Below, piece by piece: positions 8,197 through 17,995 of a DNA stretch of 64,000 nt. Below the pieces are notes generated by a model that saw only the letters and a list, made by a program, of their open reading frames with translations, did no database searches and was not told the origin of the DNA. The position numbers and the translations under genes are program-made. The stretch covers positions 1,344,001-1,408,000 of the forward strand of contig OZ251459.1 of assembly GCA_965242525.1 (NCBI GenBank). The letters run 5' to 3'. The DNA comes from an uncultured Candidatus Binatia bacterium. GTDB taxonomy: Bacteria > Desulfobacterota > Binatia > UBA9968 > JAJDTQ01. Position 1 is the first letter of the stretch. The number at the start of each line of letters is the position of its first letter.

Positions 8197-9210
8197 TCAG
8201 TCTTCGCGGAACTCGCCCCGGGCCCTGGCCTCCCGGATGGCGGTGAAGACCCGTTCCGGCGTCACCGGCGTCTCGGTGATGCGGATGCCGATGGCGTCGT
8301 AGATGGCGTTCAGGATGGCCGGGGTGGTGGGGATGGTGGCCGGCTCCGCCACCCCCTTGGCCCCGAACGGCCCCCTGGGGTCGGCCACCTCCACGATCTC
8401 GCACTCGATGTCCGGCACGTCCATGGCGGTGGGCACCAGGTAGAAGGCCAGCGAACCCGTGCGCGGCACGCCGTCCTCCAGGATGTGCTGCTCGTAGAGT
8501 CCGTAACCCAGGCCCATGGCGGCGCCGCCCTCGATCTGCCCTTCCACCGCCGCGGGGTTGATGGCCTTGCCCGCGTCCGTGGCCGAGACGAGCTTGGTGA
8601 GGCGCACGCGCCCGGTCTCCGTATCCACCTCCACTTCCGCCAACTGGGTGGCCCAGCCATAGGTGGCGTAGGCGTCGCCCTGGGAAGTCTCCGGGTCCAC
8701 GTCGTCGGTGGTGTTGTCGTGCCAGCCCCAGGCGGCCGCCCGCCGGCCGTGGAAATGGAGCTGGTGGGCGACCTTGCCCACCGACACCAGCGGCCGGTCC
8801 GTCCGCGTCTCGCACACCTGCCCCTCACGCAGTTGCAGGTTCTCCCTGGGACACTCCAGCATGCGCGAGGCCATGTCCAGGAGCTGGTCCCGGAGGTCCG
8901 CGGCCGCCCGCTGCACCGCCACGCCCTGGACGAAAGTGGCGCGGCTGCCGGAGGTGGGCCCCGCGTCCGGGGTGCTGCCGGTGTCCGCGGCCACCACCCG
9001 TATCTGCCCGGGCTCGATGCCCAGCTCCTCCGCGGCCACCTGGGTCACCACGGTCATGACCCCCTGGCCCATGTCGCAGGCTCCCGAGTACACGGTGGTG
9101 GTGCCGTCCTCGGCCATCTCGATCTCGGCCGAGCCGATGTCGGCCCGGCTGAAACCGTAGCCGATGCCGTAGTACATGGAGCCGATGCCGAATCCTCTTC
9201 TTATTGCCAT
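8197..9210 (-). CDS. Xanthine dehydrogenase-family molybdopterin subunit, C-terminal half (NdhM-like)
   Basis: MAIRRGFGIGSMYYGIG, DMGQG, TSGSRAT, DAGKAINP, GQIEGG, GPFGAKGVAE; start ATG 9210. Confidence 0.9.
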   Translation of the reverse strand: MAIRRGFGIGSMYYGIGYGFSRADIGSAEIEMAEDGTTTVYSGACDMGQGVMTVVTQVAAEELGIEPGQIRVVAADTGSTPDAGPTSGSRATFVQGVAVQRAAADLRDQLLDMASRMLECPRENLQLREGQVCETRTDRPLVSVGKVAHQLHFHGRRAAAWGWHDNTTDDVDPETSQGDAYATYGWATQLAEVEVDTETGRVRLTKLVSATDAGKAINPAAVEGQIEGGAAMGLGYGLYEQHILEDGVPRTGSLAFYLVPTAMDVPDIECEIVEVADPRGPFGAKGVAEPATIPTTPAILNAIYDAIGIRITETPVTPERVFTAIREARARGEFRED

Positions 9211-10508
9211 GATCGCTCGAACCGCAGGCCGTGGGCGTCCATGTAGTCCCGGATGCGCCGGAGCGTGGCCTCGATGCCGCACCCCTCGTTCATGGCCTGC
9301 CCGGTGGCGGAGGCGAGCCCCGGCTTGAGGCAGTTCCTGAGCCGGAACTCCAGCGGCGACATTTCCAGACGGTGCGCCAACCTGTCCATCTGGGACTCGT
9401 GGGCCACCGCGGCCTGCATCACCCCGAAGCCGCGCATGGCGCCGGAAACCAGGTTGTTGGTGTAGAGGGTGTAGGTGTCCACCCGGATGTGGGGAACGTC
9501 GTAGGGGCCGGTGGCGTGGATGCCCGCCTTCTTGATGACGTAGGCCCCCAGGGAGACCCCCGCCCCCGTATCGCCGTAGATGTCGCCGTCCAGGAAGGTC
9601 AACCGTCCGTCGGAGCGGGCGCCGGTGCGGAACTTCATGGACATGGGGTGGCGCTTGGTGTTGGCGATGAGGGACTCCTCCCGGGTATAGACCAGGCGCA
9701 CGGGCCGGCGCGTCTTCAACGCCAGCATCCCCACGTGGATCTCGGCCGTGATGTCGTCCTTGCGCCCGAAGCCGCCGCCGATGGGCGCCTGTATCACCCG
9801 CACCCGGTTCATGGGCAGGTCCAGGGCCGGCGCGATCTGCCGACGGTCCCGGTAGGGGTACTGGGTCCCCACCAGGATGTTCAGCACTCCCGAGGGATCG
9901 AGCCAGGCCAAGCCCGCTTCCGGCTCCATGGGCACGTGGTCCATCCGATGGGTGCGGTACGACCCCTCCACCACCACGTCCGACTCCCGGAGGCCCTGCT
10001 CCACGTCACCCTTGCGCACGGTGGTGTGCTGGAAGACGTTGCCGCCTTCGTGCACCGCGGGCGCTTCCGGGTCCAGCGCGTCCTCGAACGTGAGCACGGG
10101 CCGCAGGGGCTCCAGCTCCACCCGGATCTTCGATACCGCCTCTTCGGCCGCCTCCTCGTCTTCCGCGGCCACCACCGCCAGGGCGTCGCCCGCGGACCGC
10201 ACCTTGTCGTCCGCCAGCACCCGCTGGTCCGGCACCGCGAGTCCGTAGCGGTTGGTTCCGGGCACGTCCGCGGCGGTGAGGACGGCTTCCACCCCCGGCG
10301 TCTTCGCCGCCTCCCGGGTGTCCATGCGGCGGATGGCCGCGTGCGGGGTTCCCGCCCACAGGATCTTGGCGTGCAGCATGCCCGGGACGATCATGTCGCC
10401 CACGTACTCGGTGGCCCCCAGCGCCTTCTCCATGGCGTCGGGCTTGGTGACGTTCCTGCCGATCCAGTGGTAGGAGCGGCCGGTTTCCCTGGACGCAGGG
10501 TCGTTCAT
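9201..10508 (-). CDS. Xanthine dehydrogenase-family molybdopterin subunit, N-terminal half (NdhL-like)
   Basis: PHAAI, HVPMEPE, IGGGFGRK, TKRHP, GAMRGFG, ESQMD. Confidence 0.9.
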   Translation of the reverse strand: MNDPASRETGRSYHWIGRNVTKPDAMEKALGATEYVGDMIVPGMLHAKILWAGTPHAAIRRMDTREAAKTPGVEAVLTAADVPGTNRYGLAVPDQRVLADDKVRSAGDALAVVAAEDEEAAEEAVSKIRVELEPLRPVLTFEDALDPEAPAVHEGGNVFQHTTVRKGDVEQGLRESDVVVEGSYRTHRMDHVPMEPEAGLAWLDPSGVLNILVGTQYPYRDRRQIAPALDLPMNRVRVIQAPIGGGFGRKDDITAEIHVGMLALKTRRPVRLVYTREESLIANTKRHPMSMKFRTGARSDGRLTFLDGDIYGDTGAGVSLGAYVIKKAGIHATGPYDVPHIRVDTYTLYTNNLVSGAMRGFGVMQAAVAHESQMDRLAHRLEMSPLEFRLRNCLKPGLASATGQAMNEGCGIEATLRRIRDYMDAHGLRFERSWQ

Positions 10509-10513
10509 GTTAC

Positions 10514-10685
10514 GGAACCTCCGAACGATCGGGGGAGCATGGGCGCATCCTTCGACTCCGCTCCGCTACGCTCAGGATGAACGGAGACGGGACCAGGACG
10601 AACGGAGACAGGATCAGGACGAACGACGACAGGAATGTCAGGGTGGGGGAATCCATCCCGGATGTCTCGATGGTCCATGGATTCC
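10514..10685. mobile_element. MITE-A full copy with internal 3 x 21-bp expansion, inside the Mo-hydroxylase operon
   Basis: Ends GGAACCTCCGAACGATCGGG / TGTCTCGATGGTCCATGGATTCC; flanks TTAC/CTAC. Confidence 0.85.
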
Positions 10686-11171
10686 CTACTCCGCTCCCGC
10701 GCGTTCCCTGAGTTCGGCCGCCGCGGCGCGGACGGCCTTGACGATCTTGCCGTACCCGGTGCAGCGGCAGATGTTCCCCGCTATGGCGAAGCGGATCTCC
10801 TCGTCCGTGGGGTCCGAGACGTCCCGCAGCAGCGCCCAGGCGCTCACGATCATGCCCGGGGTGCAGTAGCCGCACTGGACGCCCCCCTGCTCCACCATCT
10901 GCCGTTGCAGCGGATGCGGCCCGCCGTCTTCGGCCAGCGCTTCGATGGTCACGATTTCCCGGTCCACCGCGTCGGCCACCAGCACCAGGCACGACACCAC
11001 CGGCCGCCCGTCGAGCAGCACCGTGCACGACCCGCACTCGGCCTCGTTGCACCCCTTCTTGCTGCCGGTGAGCCGCAGCCGGTCGCGCAGCACGTCCAGC
11101 AGGGACTCGTGCGGCTCCGCTTCCGCGGCCCGGGTGCGGCCGTTCACCCGTAGGTCGTAACGTTGTCTCAT
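10686..11171 (-). CDS. (2Fe-2S)-binding small subunit (CoxS/NdhS-like)
   Basis: GCNEAECGSCTV, QCGYCTPG, GNICRCTGY. Confidence 0.95.
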   Translation of the reverse strand: MRQRYDLRVNGRTRAAEAEPHESLLDVLRDRLRLTGSKKGCNEAECGSCTVLLDGRPVVSCLVLVADAVDREIVTIEALAEDGGPHPLQRQMVEQGGVQCGYCTPGMIVSAWALLRDVSDPTDEEIRFAIAGNICRCTGYGKIVKAVRAAAAELRERAGAE

Positions 11172-12061
11172 GCGGTTTCCGTCCGCTCCCGGGAGCGTGC
11201 GCGCGCCACCGCCCGGGCGAGCACCCGCTGCACCAGGACCCGTATCAACTCCCTGCGGTAGCCCGCGGAGCCGCGGATGTCGTCAATGGGCCGGCATTCG
11301 TCCATGGCCGCCCTTCCCGCCTGCTCCAGCGCCTCCGGGGTGGGCTCCTTCTCCCGCACCCGCTCTTCGGCCCTGGGAGCCATGAGGGGCGTGGGCGCCA
11401 CCGCGCCCAGGGCGATGCGCACGGCCTGCACCCGGCCCCGGACGGGGTCCAGGGTCACAGAGGCCGCGGCGCTGGCGATGGCGATGTCCATGGCCGACCG
11501 GGGGGTGAAGCGCTCGAACGCGTCGCCGGTCAGGGGCGGCGGCTCCGGCGCCTCCACCGCCAGCAGCAGCCCGCCCGCGTCCAGCACCGACTGCCCGGGT
11601 CCGGTGAAGAAAGCCTCCACCGGCGTCGTCTCCCGCCGGGACTCGCGGGTCCACACCCGCGTCACCGCGCCCAGGGCCATCAGCGGCGGGGCCGTGTCCG
11701 CGGACGGCGAGGCGTTGCACAGGTTGCCGCCGACGCTGGCCATGTTCCGCAACTGCAACGAACCCACCACCCGGAGGGCCTCGTGGAGCGAGGGGAAACG
11801 GCTGCCCACGGACGCGGCCGTCTCCAGGTCCCGCATGGGAGCGCAGGCCCCGAGCCGGAGCCCCGCCCCGGGCTCGCAGTTCCATCCGCAGAGTTCCGGG
11901 ATCCGCTTCAGGTTCACCAGCCCTTGGCAGCGGACCGCCCGACGGCGCAACTGTATGACGATGTCGGTGCCTCCGGCAAGGGGTCTGCGGTCCCCCTTCC
12001 CTTCCCGCAGCAGGCCGCTCGCTTCCTCCAGCGACCTCGGCTCGAAATAGTCGAACCTCAT
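11168..12061 (-). CDS. FAD-binding medium subunit (CoxM/NdhF-like)
   Basis: LAGGTD, QLRNMASVGGNLCNASPSAD, PIDDIRGSAGYR. Confidence 0.93.
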   Translation of the reverse strand: MRFDYFEPRSLEEASGLLREGKGDRRPLAGGTDIVIQLRRRAVRCQGLVNLKRIPELCGWNCEPGAGLRLGACAPMRDLETAASVGSRFPSLHEALRVVGSLQLRNMASVGGNLCNASPSADTAPPLMALGAVTRVWTRESRRETTPVEAFFTGPGQSVLDAGGLLLAVEAPEPPPLTGDAFERFTPRSAMDIAIASAAASVTLDPVRGRVQAVRIALGAVAPTPLMAPRAEERVREKEPTPEALEQAGRAAMDECRPIDDIRGSAGYRRELIRVLVQRVLARAVARARSRERTETA

Positions 12062-12064
12062 GGG

Positions 12065-13009
12065 TCAGGCTCCCAGCCTGGGGACCACGTCCGCGGCGAT
12101 GGCCTCCAACTGCTCCATCTCGTAGCGGTAGGGGATCAGGATGATGCGGTGGATGCCGGCGTCCACGTGGGCCCTGAGCTGCTCCACGCAGTCGTCCGCG
12201 GTTCCCCGGATGGCGTGATCGATGGTGGATTCGCTCCGCTTGGCGATGTCCCATTCGGTGGAGAGCCAGTGGCGCATGGGCTCCTCCACCGCCTCCCGGG
12301 ACGGCCCCACGTAGATGGCGAGCTGGTTGGTGGCGGTGAGCCCGGAGGGGTCGCGCCCGGCCGCCTGCGCTGCGTCCAGGATCTTGCCCCAGCTCCGGGT
12401 GAAGCTCTCTGGCGTGTAGAAGTAGGTGAGCCAGCCGTCTCCCATGCGGCCCACGCGCCGCAGCACCCGGTCGATGTAGCCCCCGATCAGTATCGGCGGG
12501 TGGGGCTTCTGGACCGGTTTCGGCAGGAGCACCGCGGACCGGAGGTTCAACTCGTCCACCTGTTCGGTCACCGCGTCCTCGGTCCACAACCGCACCAGCA
12601 ACTCCAGGTTACGCTCGAAGATGCGGCCCCTCTCCCGGTAGGAGACGCCGATGGCGTCGAACTCCCGGGCGTACCAGCCCGCGGCCGCGCCCAGCAGCAG
12701 GCGGCCGTTGGATATCTGGTCCAGGCTGGCGAGGACCTTGGCCGCCACCACCGGGTTGCGCAACGGCAGCACCATGACCCCGGTCCCCAGGCGGATGCGC
12801 TCGGTCCGGGCGGCGATGGCGGTGAGTATGGTGAGGGAGTCCAGCACCGGAAAACTCGGGTTCACCCCCAGCAGGATGTGGTCCCATGCCCAGAGGGACT
12901 CGAAGCCCAACTCCTCGGCCCTCCGGGCGTAACGGATCAACCCCTCCACGTCCGGGGTCTCGCCGGGACCCACGAAGTTGCGGATGGCGACTCCAACCTG
13001 CACGGCCAT
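12065..13009 (-). CDS. LLM-class flavin-dependent oxidoreductase
   Basis: GFESLWAWDH, RLGTGV, PLRNP, PKPVQKPHPPILIGG; start ATG 13009. Confidence 0.9.
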   Translation of the reverse strand: MAVQVGVAIRNFVGPGETPDVEGLIRYARRAEELGFESLWAWDHILLGVNPSFPVLDSLTILTAIAARTERIRLGTGVMVLPLRNPVVAAKVLASLDQISNGRLLLGAAAGWYAREFDAIGVSYRERGRIFERNLELLVRLWTEDAVTEQVDELNLRSAVLLPKPVQKPHPPILIGGYIDRVLRRVGRMGDGWLTYFYTPESFTRSWGKILDAAQAAGRDPSGLTATNQLAIYVGPSREAVEEPMRHWLSTEWDIAKRSESTIDHAIRGTADDCVEQLRAHVDAGIHRIILIPYRYEMEQLEAIAADVVPRLGA

Positions 13010-13054
13010 GGTTCCACCTCCTTCGAGCGCCAACGGGCAGGACTTCTTCGACCC

Positions 13055-13816
13055 CTACCCGAGAAAGTTCCTCTCCGGGTCGATGCTGCGCAGGGTCTCC
13101 AACTCGTCCGCGCCGGGGGCCTCGGTGACCGGTGCCCGGTCGGGAACCGGCAAGTCGAACCCGGTGTTGTCCCGGACCTGCTCCACGGAGACCCCGGGGT
13201 GGAGGCTCTCCAGCCGCAGGGCTTTGGTCCCTGGGTCGAAGGCCAGGGTGCCCAGATGGGTCACGATGCGGCTGACCCTGCCGAACAGGAGTCCCGCCCG
13301 GCGGCGCGAGTCCCCGCCCCGGAGGAAGCCCGGACTGGTCACGAAATCCACCTGGGGCACGAACCGCCGCCGCTCGTGCATGGTGACCACCATGACGTTG
13401 CGGCACAACGAGATGATGTCGTTGGCGCCCCCGCTGCCGGGCAACCGGACCCTGGGACGCTCGTAGCTGCCGATGACGCTGGAGTTGAGGTTGCCGTGGC
13501 GGTCGATCTGCGCGCCGCCCACGAACCCCACGTCGAGGAACCCCCGCTGGGCGAACAGGAACGTGTCGGTGATTCCCGGCAGCATCTGGGCCCGGGGCGC
13601 GGTGCGCATCTCGTTGGTGGAGTACGGCAACCGCCCGGGCACGATGTGCGGCCCCATGCTGCCGCCCTCCACCACGATGACGAGCCGGGGCGCACAGGTC
13701 TTCTGGGCGAGCACCGCGGACACCAGCGGCACCCCCACGCCGGCGAACACCGAGGCGGCCCCCGCGAGCTGGCGGGCGGCCACCACGGCCAGGAGCTCGG
13801 TGGCGGAATAGTTCAT
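13055..13816 (-). CDS. CoA-transferase beta subunit (GctB-like)
   Basis: FAGVGVP, GGAQIDRHGNLNS, RLPGSGGAND, VDFVTSPG; start ATG 13816. Confidence 0.9.
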   Translation of the reverse strand: MNYSATELLAVVAARQLAGAASVFAGVGVPLVSAVLAQKTCAPRLVIVVEGGSMGPHIVPGRLPYSTNEMRTAPRAQMLPGITDTFLFAQRGFLDVGFVGGAQIDRHGNLNSSVIGSYERPRVRLPGSGGANDIISLCRNVMVVTMHERRRFVPQVDFVTSPGFLRGGDSRRRAGLLFGRVSRIVTHLGTLAFDPGTKALRLESLHPGVSVEQVRDNTGFDLPVPDRAPVTEAPGADELETLRSIDPERNFLG

Positions 13817-14769
13817 CGCGGACCCAGGATCTCCTCGGCGCAACGCTTCTGCCGCGCCAGCGCCTCTTCGCCGAACAGCGCCAGGTACTCCCGGTGGTTC
13901 GACACGCCGTAAACGAAACGTTCCAGGTAGTCGTCGATGACGCCGGCGCCGCGGGCCTTGATGGCGCCGGTATAGGCCTCGAAGTGGCCGAAGTCGGCTT
14001 CGTAGAGGCCGTAGCACTCGTGGGGAAAGGAGCCGTAGGGGGCCTCCACCACCGCGTCCACCACGAGCCCGGGGATCACCGTCCGGTCCGGCCGTCCGCG
14101 GACCTCTTCCTCTTCGATGATCTCCTCGGCCGTGACGATGACCGTGGCCGCGGCCCGGGAGATGTCCGCGTCCATGTGGGGATAGCCGTCGATCTGGCAG
14201 TTGCCGAAACGGTCGGCCCGATGCACGTGGACCAGCGCCACGTCGGGGAAGAGGGCCGGCACGAGGCAGAGGGTCTCGCCGGTGAAGGGACACTCCATGG
14301 TCCGGGTCTCGGTGACGTCCATGAGGTCCGACCCCAGCATGGTCAGGGTGGGCAGGAACGGGACTCCCATGGCCCCGGCGCGGTAGCGCAGGCCGAGTCC
14401 CAGGTGGCTCCACTCCTCGAACCGCACCCGCCCCCCTTCCACCTCTTCGCGCAGCTTGAGGGAGAGGCCCCAGGGCAGGGCGATGTCGAACCAGCTCGTC
14501 ACCAGGGCGTCCACCGCCCCGGCCGCCATGAACCACTCGCCCTCGTAGCACATGAGGTTGCGCGAAAGGGTCAGGCCCCGGCGCCGCTGGCGCAGCACCT
14601 CCCACAACGCCGCCAGCGGGCTGCGCGAGAACAGGCAGCCGCCGATGGCCACGTGGTCCCCGTCCCGGACCTTGCGCACCGCCTCGTCCAGGGTCGTGAG
14701 CTTCTCCGCGGTGGATTGGGGCTTGGCTTCCAGCCGCCGCCGGGCCTCGACGAAATCGGCCGACTTCAT
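13813..14769 (-). CDS. CoA-transferase alpha subunit (GctA-like)
   Basis: EEWSH, AGAMGVPFLP, GSDL, CPFTGE, PDVALVHVHRADRFGN. Confidence 0.9.
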   Translation of the reverse strand: MKSADFVEARRRLEAKPQSTAEKLTTLDEAVRKVRDGDHVAIGGCLFSRSPLAALWEVLRQRRRGLTLSRNLMCYEGEWFMAAGAVDALVTSWFDIALPWGLSLKLREEVEGGRVRFEEWSHLGLGLRYRAGAMGVPFLPTLTMLGSDLMDVTETRTMECPFTGETLCLVPALFPDVALVHVHRADRFGNCQIDGYPHMDADISRAAATVIVTAEEIIEEEEVRGRPDRTVIPGLVVDAVVEAPYGSFPHECYGLYEADFGHFEAYTGAIKARGAGVIDDYLERFVYGVSNHREYLALFGEEALARQKRCAEEILGPR

Positions 14770-14893
14770 GGGGAGGGGACACCTCCTGCAGGGACCCGCG
14801 GCATCGGGCCGCCCCGGTCCCGGTCACGGGACATGCGCGCTGTGGCTCCGGTCATGCCCAAAGGCTGCTAACATCAAAGCCCGGTTCCGTCAA

Positions 14894-15829
14894 CTACGGA
14901 CCGTCGAGGAAGGCGCTGCAAAGCTCGCCGATGTCGTCCACCCGGTCCGGGTGGAGCCAGTGGAGGCTTCGGTCCGCGCGGAACCAGGTGAGCTGGCGCT
15001 TGGCCAGGCGGCGGGTGGCCCGCTGCATGGACGACAGGGCGTCCGCGGCGTCGAGGCGGTCCGTGACGCACAGCGCCGCCTGCCGGTAGCCCACGCTCTG
15101 CATGCTGCGGAGGCCCGGGGCATAGCCCATGTCCAGGAGCCCGCGGACCTCGTCCAGCAGCCCTTCGGCCATCATCCGCCGGCAGCGGCGGTCGATGCGC
15201 TCGTACAGATCCGCCCGGGGGCGGTCCAGGCCCACTCCGAGCACGTCGAAGGAGCGGTCGCCGAACCCGTGCTCGCGCTGCCATCGGCTCAGCGGCCGGC
15301 CGGTGCCGAGGACCACCTCCAGGGCGCGCACCACGCGGGTCCGGTCCCGGCAATGGATCCGCGCCGCGGCCTCCGGGTCCAGCCGCATCAGGCGCTCGAA
15401 GAGGCGCTCCGGGCCGCGTTCCGCAAACTCCCGCTCCAGCTCGCCCCGCAGCTCCGGGTCCGCTCCCGGTCCCGGGAACAGCCCCCGGCACAGGGCCTTC
15501 ACGTAGAGACCGGCGCCCCCCGCCACCAGCACGTTCCGGCCCCGGGCCCGTATGCCTTCCATGGCCCGGAGGGCGTGTTCCCGGAACAGCGCGGCGTGGA
15601 AGTCCTGGTCCGGGTCCACCACGTCCAGCAGGTGGTGCGGCCGCTGCCGTCGTTGGGCGGGGGTGGGCTTGGCCGTGCCGATGTCCATGTAGCGATAGAC
15701 CTGCATGGAGTCGGCGCTGACGATCTCCGCATGGAGCCGGTCCGCGAGGGCCAGAGCCGCGTCGGTCTTGCCGACGCCCGTGGGTCCCACGAGGAGCAGT
15801 ATCCTGGGTTTGGGGTTCACGGGCCGCAC
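14894..15829 (-). CDS. miaA: tRNA dimethylallyltransferase
   Basis: GPTGVGKT, SADSMQVYRYMDIGTAKP, AKRQLTWF; follows mutL. Confidence 0.97.
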   Translation of the reverse strand: MRPVNPKPRILLLVGPTGVGKTDAALALADRLHAEIVSADSMQVYRYMDIGTAKPTPAQRRQRPHHLLDVVDPDQDFHAALFREHALRAMEGIRARGRNVLVAGGAGLYVKALCRGLFPGPGADPELRGELEREFAERGPERLFERLMRLDPEAAARIHCRDRTRVVRALEVVLGTGRPLSRWQREHGFGDRSFDVLGVGLDRPRADLYERIDRRCRRMMAEGLLDEVRGLLDMGYAPGLRSMQSVGYRQAALCVTDRLDAADALSSMQRATRRLAKRQLTWFRADRSLHWLHPDRVDDIGELCSAFLDGP

Positions 15830-15863
15830 CGCTCCCGGTCGTGCGCGCCGCGCCGTCCCGCGG

Positions 15864-17630
15864 TCAGGCGCGCCGGAACATCCGCTCCAACTGGCCGCGG
15901 CTGAACCGGACCGTCACGGGCCGTCCGTGGGGGCATTGGGTGGCGAAGTCGGTCTCGTCCAACTCCCGCAGGAGCGCCTCCATCTCGTCCTTTTCCAGCA
16001 GCCGGTTGGCCCGGATCACGCTGTGGCATGCGATGCTCATGAGCCGCTCCTCCAAGCCTCGGTGCAACTCTCCGGACCGGCCGGTCTCGGCGAACTCGCC
16101 CACCATGGCGCGCAGCGCATGGCGGTAGTCGCCCTCGGCCAGAAGGGCCGGCACCGCCCTCAGGGAGAAGGTGTTCCTGCCGAAGGGCTCCACCGTGAAC
16201 CCGGCCCGTTCCAGGGCGCCGAGCCGCCCTTCGAGGACCAGGGCCTCGGCCGCGGGCAACTCCAGGACCTGGGGCATCAGCAACTCCTGCCGCTCGATGC
16301 GGCCCTGCTCCAGGTCGTCGTGCATGCGCTGGAAGGCGATGCGTTCATGGGCCGCGTGCTGGTCGATGAGCACCATCCCCGGATCGCCGTGGCAGAGGAT
16401 GTAGCAGCCCAGCACCTGTCCCACCACGGTCAGCGAGGAGAAGCCGCGGCCCTCGGCGCGGGCGGGGGATTCGGCCGCGTGGAGACCCGCGCCCGCCGGC
16501 GGCGGGAAAGGGCCCCGGAATTTGAGACCCGGGGCCTGGGAGACCCCGGCGCCGCGGTACTCCGGGACCGGCTCACGGGTACCCGCCAAGTCCGGCGCCG
16601 CCCCCGGGTCCGGAGCGTTGCCCGACAACGGCAACGATCCCCCTTCGGCCGCGGACTTGAGGGCTCCGCGCACCGCGGACAGCACCGTCTCGTAGAGCTC
16701 GGACTGGCGGCGGAAGCGCACCTCGGTCTTGGCCGGGTGGACGTTCACGTCCACGTAGCCGTAGGGCAGCTCCAGGTAGAGGATCGCCGCGGGGAAGCGC
16801 CCTTTCATGAGCAGCGTGTCGTAGGCCTTCAGCACGGCGTGGGCCAGCAGCTTGTCGCGCACGAACCGGCGGTTGACGAACGTGACCACGTACCGGGAGT
16901 TGCCGAAGGACTTGGGGGCCTGGCTGGCGAAACCCGCGCACTGCACGTGCCCGCGGCTCAGGGAAAACGGCGCCAAGTCGCTGCCGGCTTCGCCCAGGAC
17001 CTGCCGCACGCGGTCATGGAGCTTGGCCGCGGCGGGGTAGTCCGCGAGCCTCTTGCCCCCGTGATGGAGGCGGAAATGCACCGACGGATGCGCCAACGCC
17101 ACCCGGTCCACCACGTCGGCCACGTGCTTGACCTCGGTGCGGGGGGACTTCATGAACTTGAGCCGGGCGGGAACGTGGTAGAACAGGTCCCGCACCTCCA
17201 CGCTGGTGCCCGGAGGGCAGCCCGCGGCCGCGGGAGTCCCCTTGCGTCCGTTCTCCACACGGACCTTGCCCCCGACTTCCTGCGACGCCGGCCGCGACGC
17301 CATCTCCACCGCGGCCACCGAAGCGATGCTGGGCAGGGCCTCCCCGCGAAACCCCATGGTGGCGATCTCCGCAAGGTCCGCCTCGCTGCGGATCTTGCTG
17401 GTGGAATGGCGCTCGAAGGCCAGGGCCAGGTCCTCGAAGGCGATCCCCTGGCCGTCGTCGCTCACCCTGATGCGGGAGGTTCCGTTGCCCTCCACCAGCA
17501 CGGACACCTCGCCGGCCCCGGCGTCCAGCGCGTTGTCCAGCAACTCCTTCACCACCGACGCCGGCCTCTCCACCACTTCCCCGGCCGCGATGCGGTCGAT
17601 CAGGACGTCGGGCAGCATTGCGATCCTCAT
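15864..17630 (-). CDS. mutL: DNA mismatch repair endonuclease MutL
   Basis: IAAGEVVERPASVVKEL, GFRGEALPS, DVNVHPAK, DQHAAHER, CPHGRP; start ATG 17630. Confidence 0.97.
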   Translation of the reverse strand: MRIAMLPDVLIDRIAAGEVVERPASVVKELLDNALDAGAGEVSVLVEGNGTSRIRVSDDGQGIAFEDLALAFERHSTSKIRSEADLAEIATMGFRGEALPSIASVAAVEMASRPASQEVGGKVRVENGRKGTPAAAGCPPGTSVEVRDLFYHVPARLKFMKSPRTEVKHVADVVDRVALAHPSVHFRLHHGGKRLADYPAAAKLHDRVRQVLGEAGSDLAPFSLSRGHVQCAGFASQAPKSFGNSRYVVTFVNRRFVRDKLLAHAVLKAYDTLLMKGRFPAAILYLELPYGYVDVNVHPAKTEVRFRRQSELYETVLSAVRGALKSAAEGGSLPLSGNAPDPGAAPDLAGTREPVPEYRGAGVSQAPGLKFRGPFPPPAGAGLHAAESPARAEGRGFSSLTVVGQVLGCYILCHGDPGMVLIDQHAAHERIAFQRMHDDLEQGRIERQELLMPQVLELPAAEALVLEGRLGALERAGFTVEPFGRNTFSLRAVPALLAEGDYRHALRAMVGEFAETGRSGELHRGLEERLMSIACHSVIRANRLLEKDEMEALLRELDETDFATQCPHGRPVTVRFSRGQLERMFRRA

Positions 17631-17750
17631 GGCTTGCCCTTCCACGTCCCGCGTTCGTTCACGGCGCGGGACGCCGGTCCGGGGAGAAGCCCGGAGACCG
17701 CTCCGCGGCCCTCCCGCGGGTCCACGCGCACGCGGCCCGGTTCCTGCCGA

Positions 17751-17959
17751 GGAAACCCTGAACGATCGTCTCCGTTCGTCCCAAGCGTAAAGAAGCGAAG
17801 TCCTCCGTTCATCCCGAGCGTAGCGAAACCAAGGCCCCCATTCGTCCCGAGCGTAGCGAAGCGAAGTCCTCCGTTCATCCTGAGCGTAGCGAAGCGAAGT
17901 CGAAGGACGCGCTTTCCCACGGGGAGAGGGAGTTCGAGCCGAAATGGATCGGAGGTTCC
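17751..17959. mobile_element. MITE-A (subtype A2) with 4 x 33-bp tandem expansion of the core
   Basis: Ends GGAAACCCTGAACGAT / ATGGATCGGAGGTTCC; repeat unit TCCGTTCRTCCYGAGCGTAGCGAAGCGAAGTCC at about 17771-17902. Confidence 0.85.
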
Positions 17960-17995
17960 TTGACACCCGGAAGCCGCGGTGGATAAGCTCGCCCC

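Noticed and set aside
17771-17902. 33-bp periodic repeats as a CRISPR array
   Set aside because: Head-to-tail units without unique spacers; an expansion of the MITE-A core.
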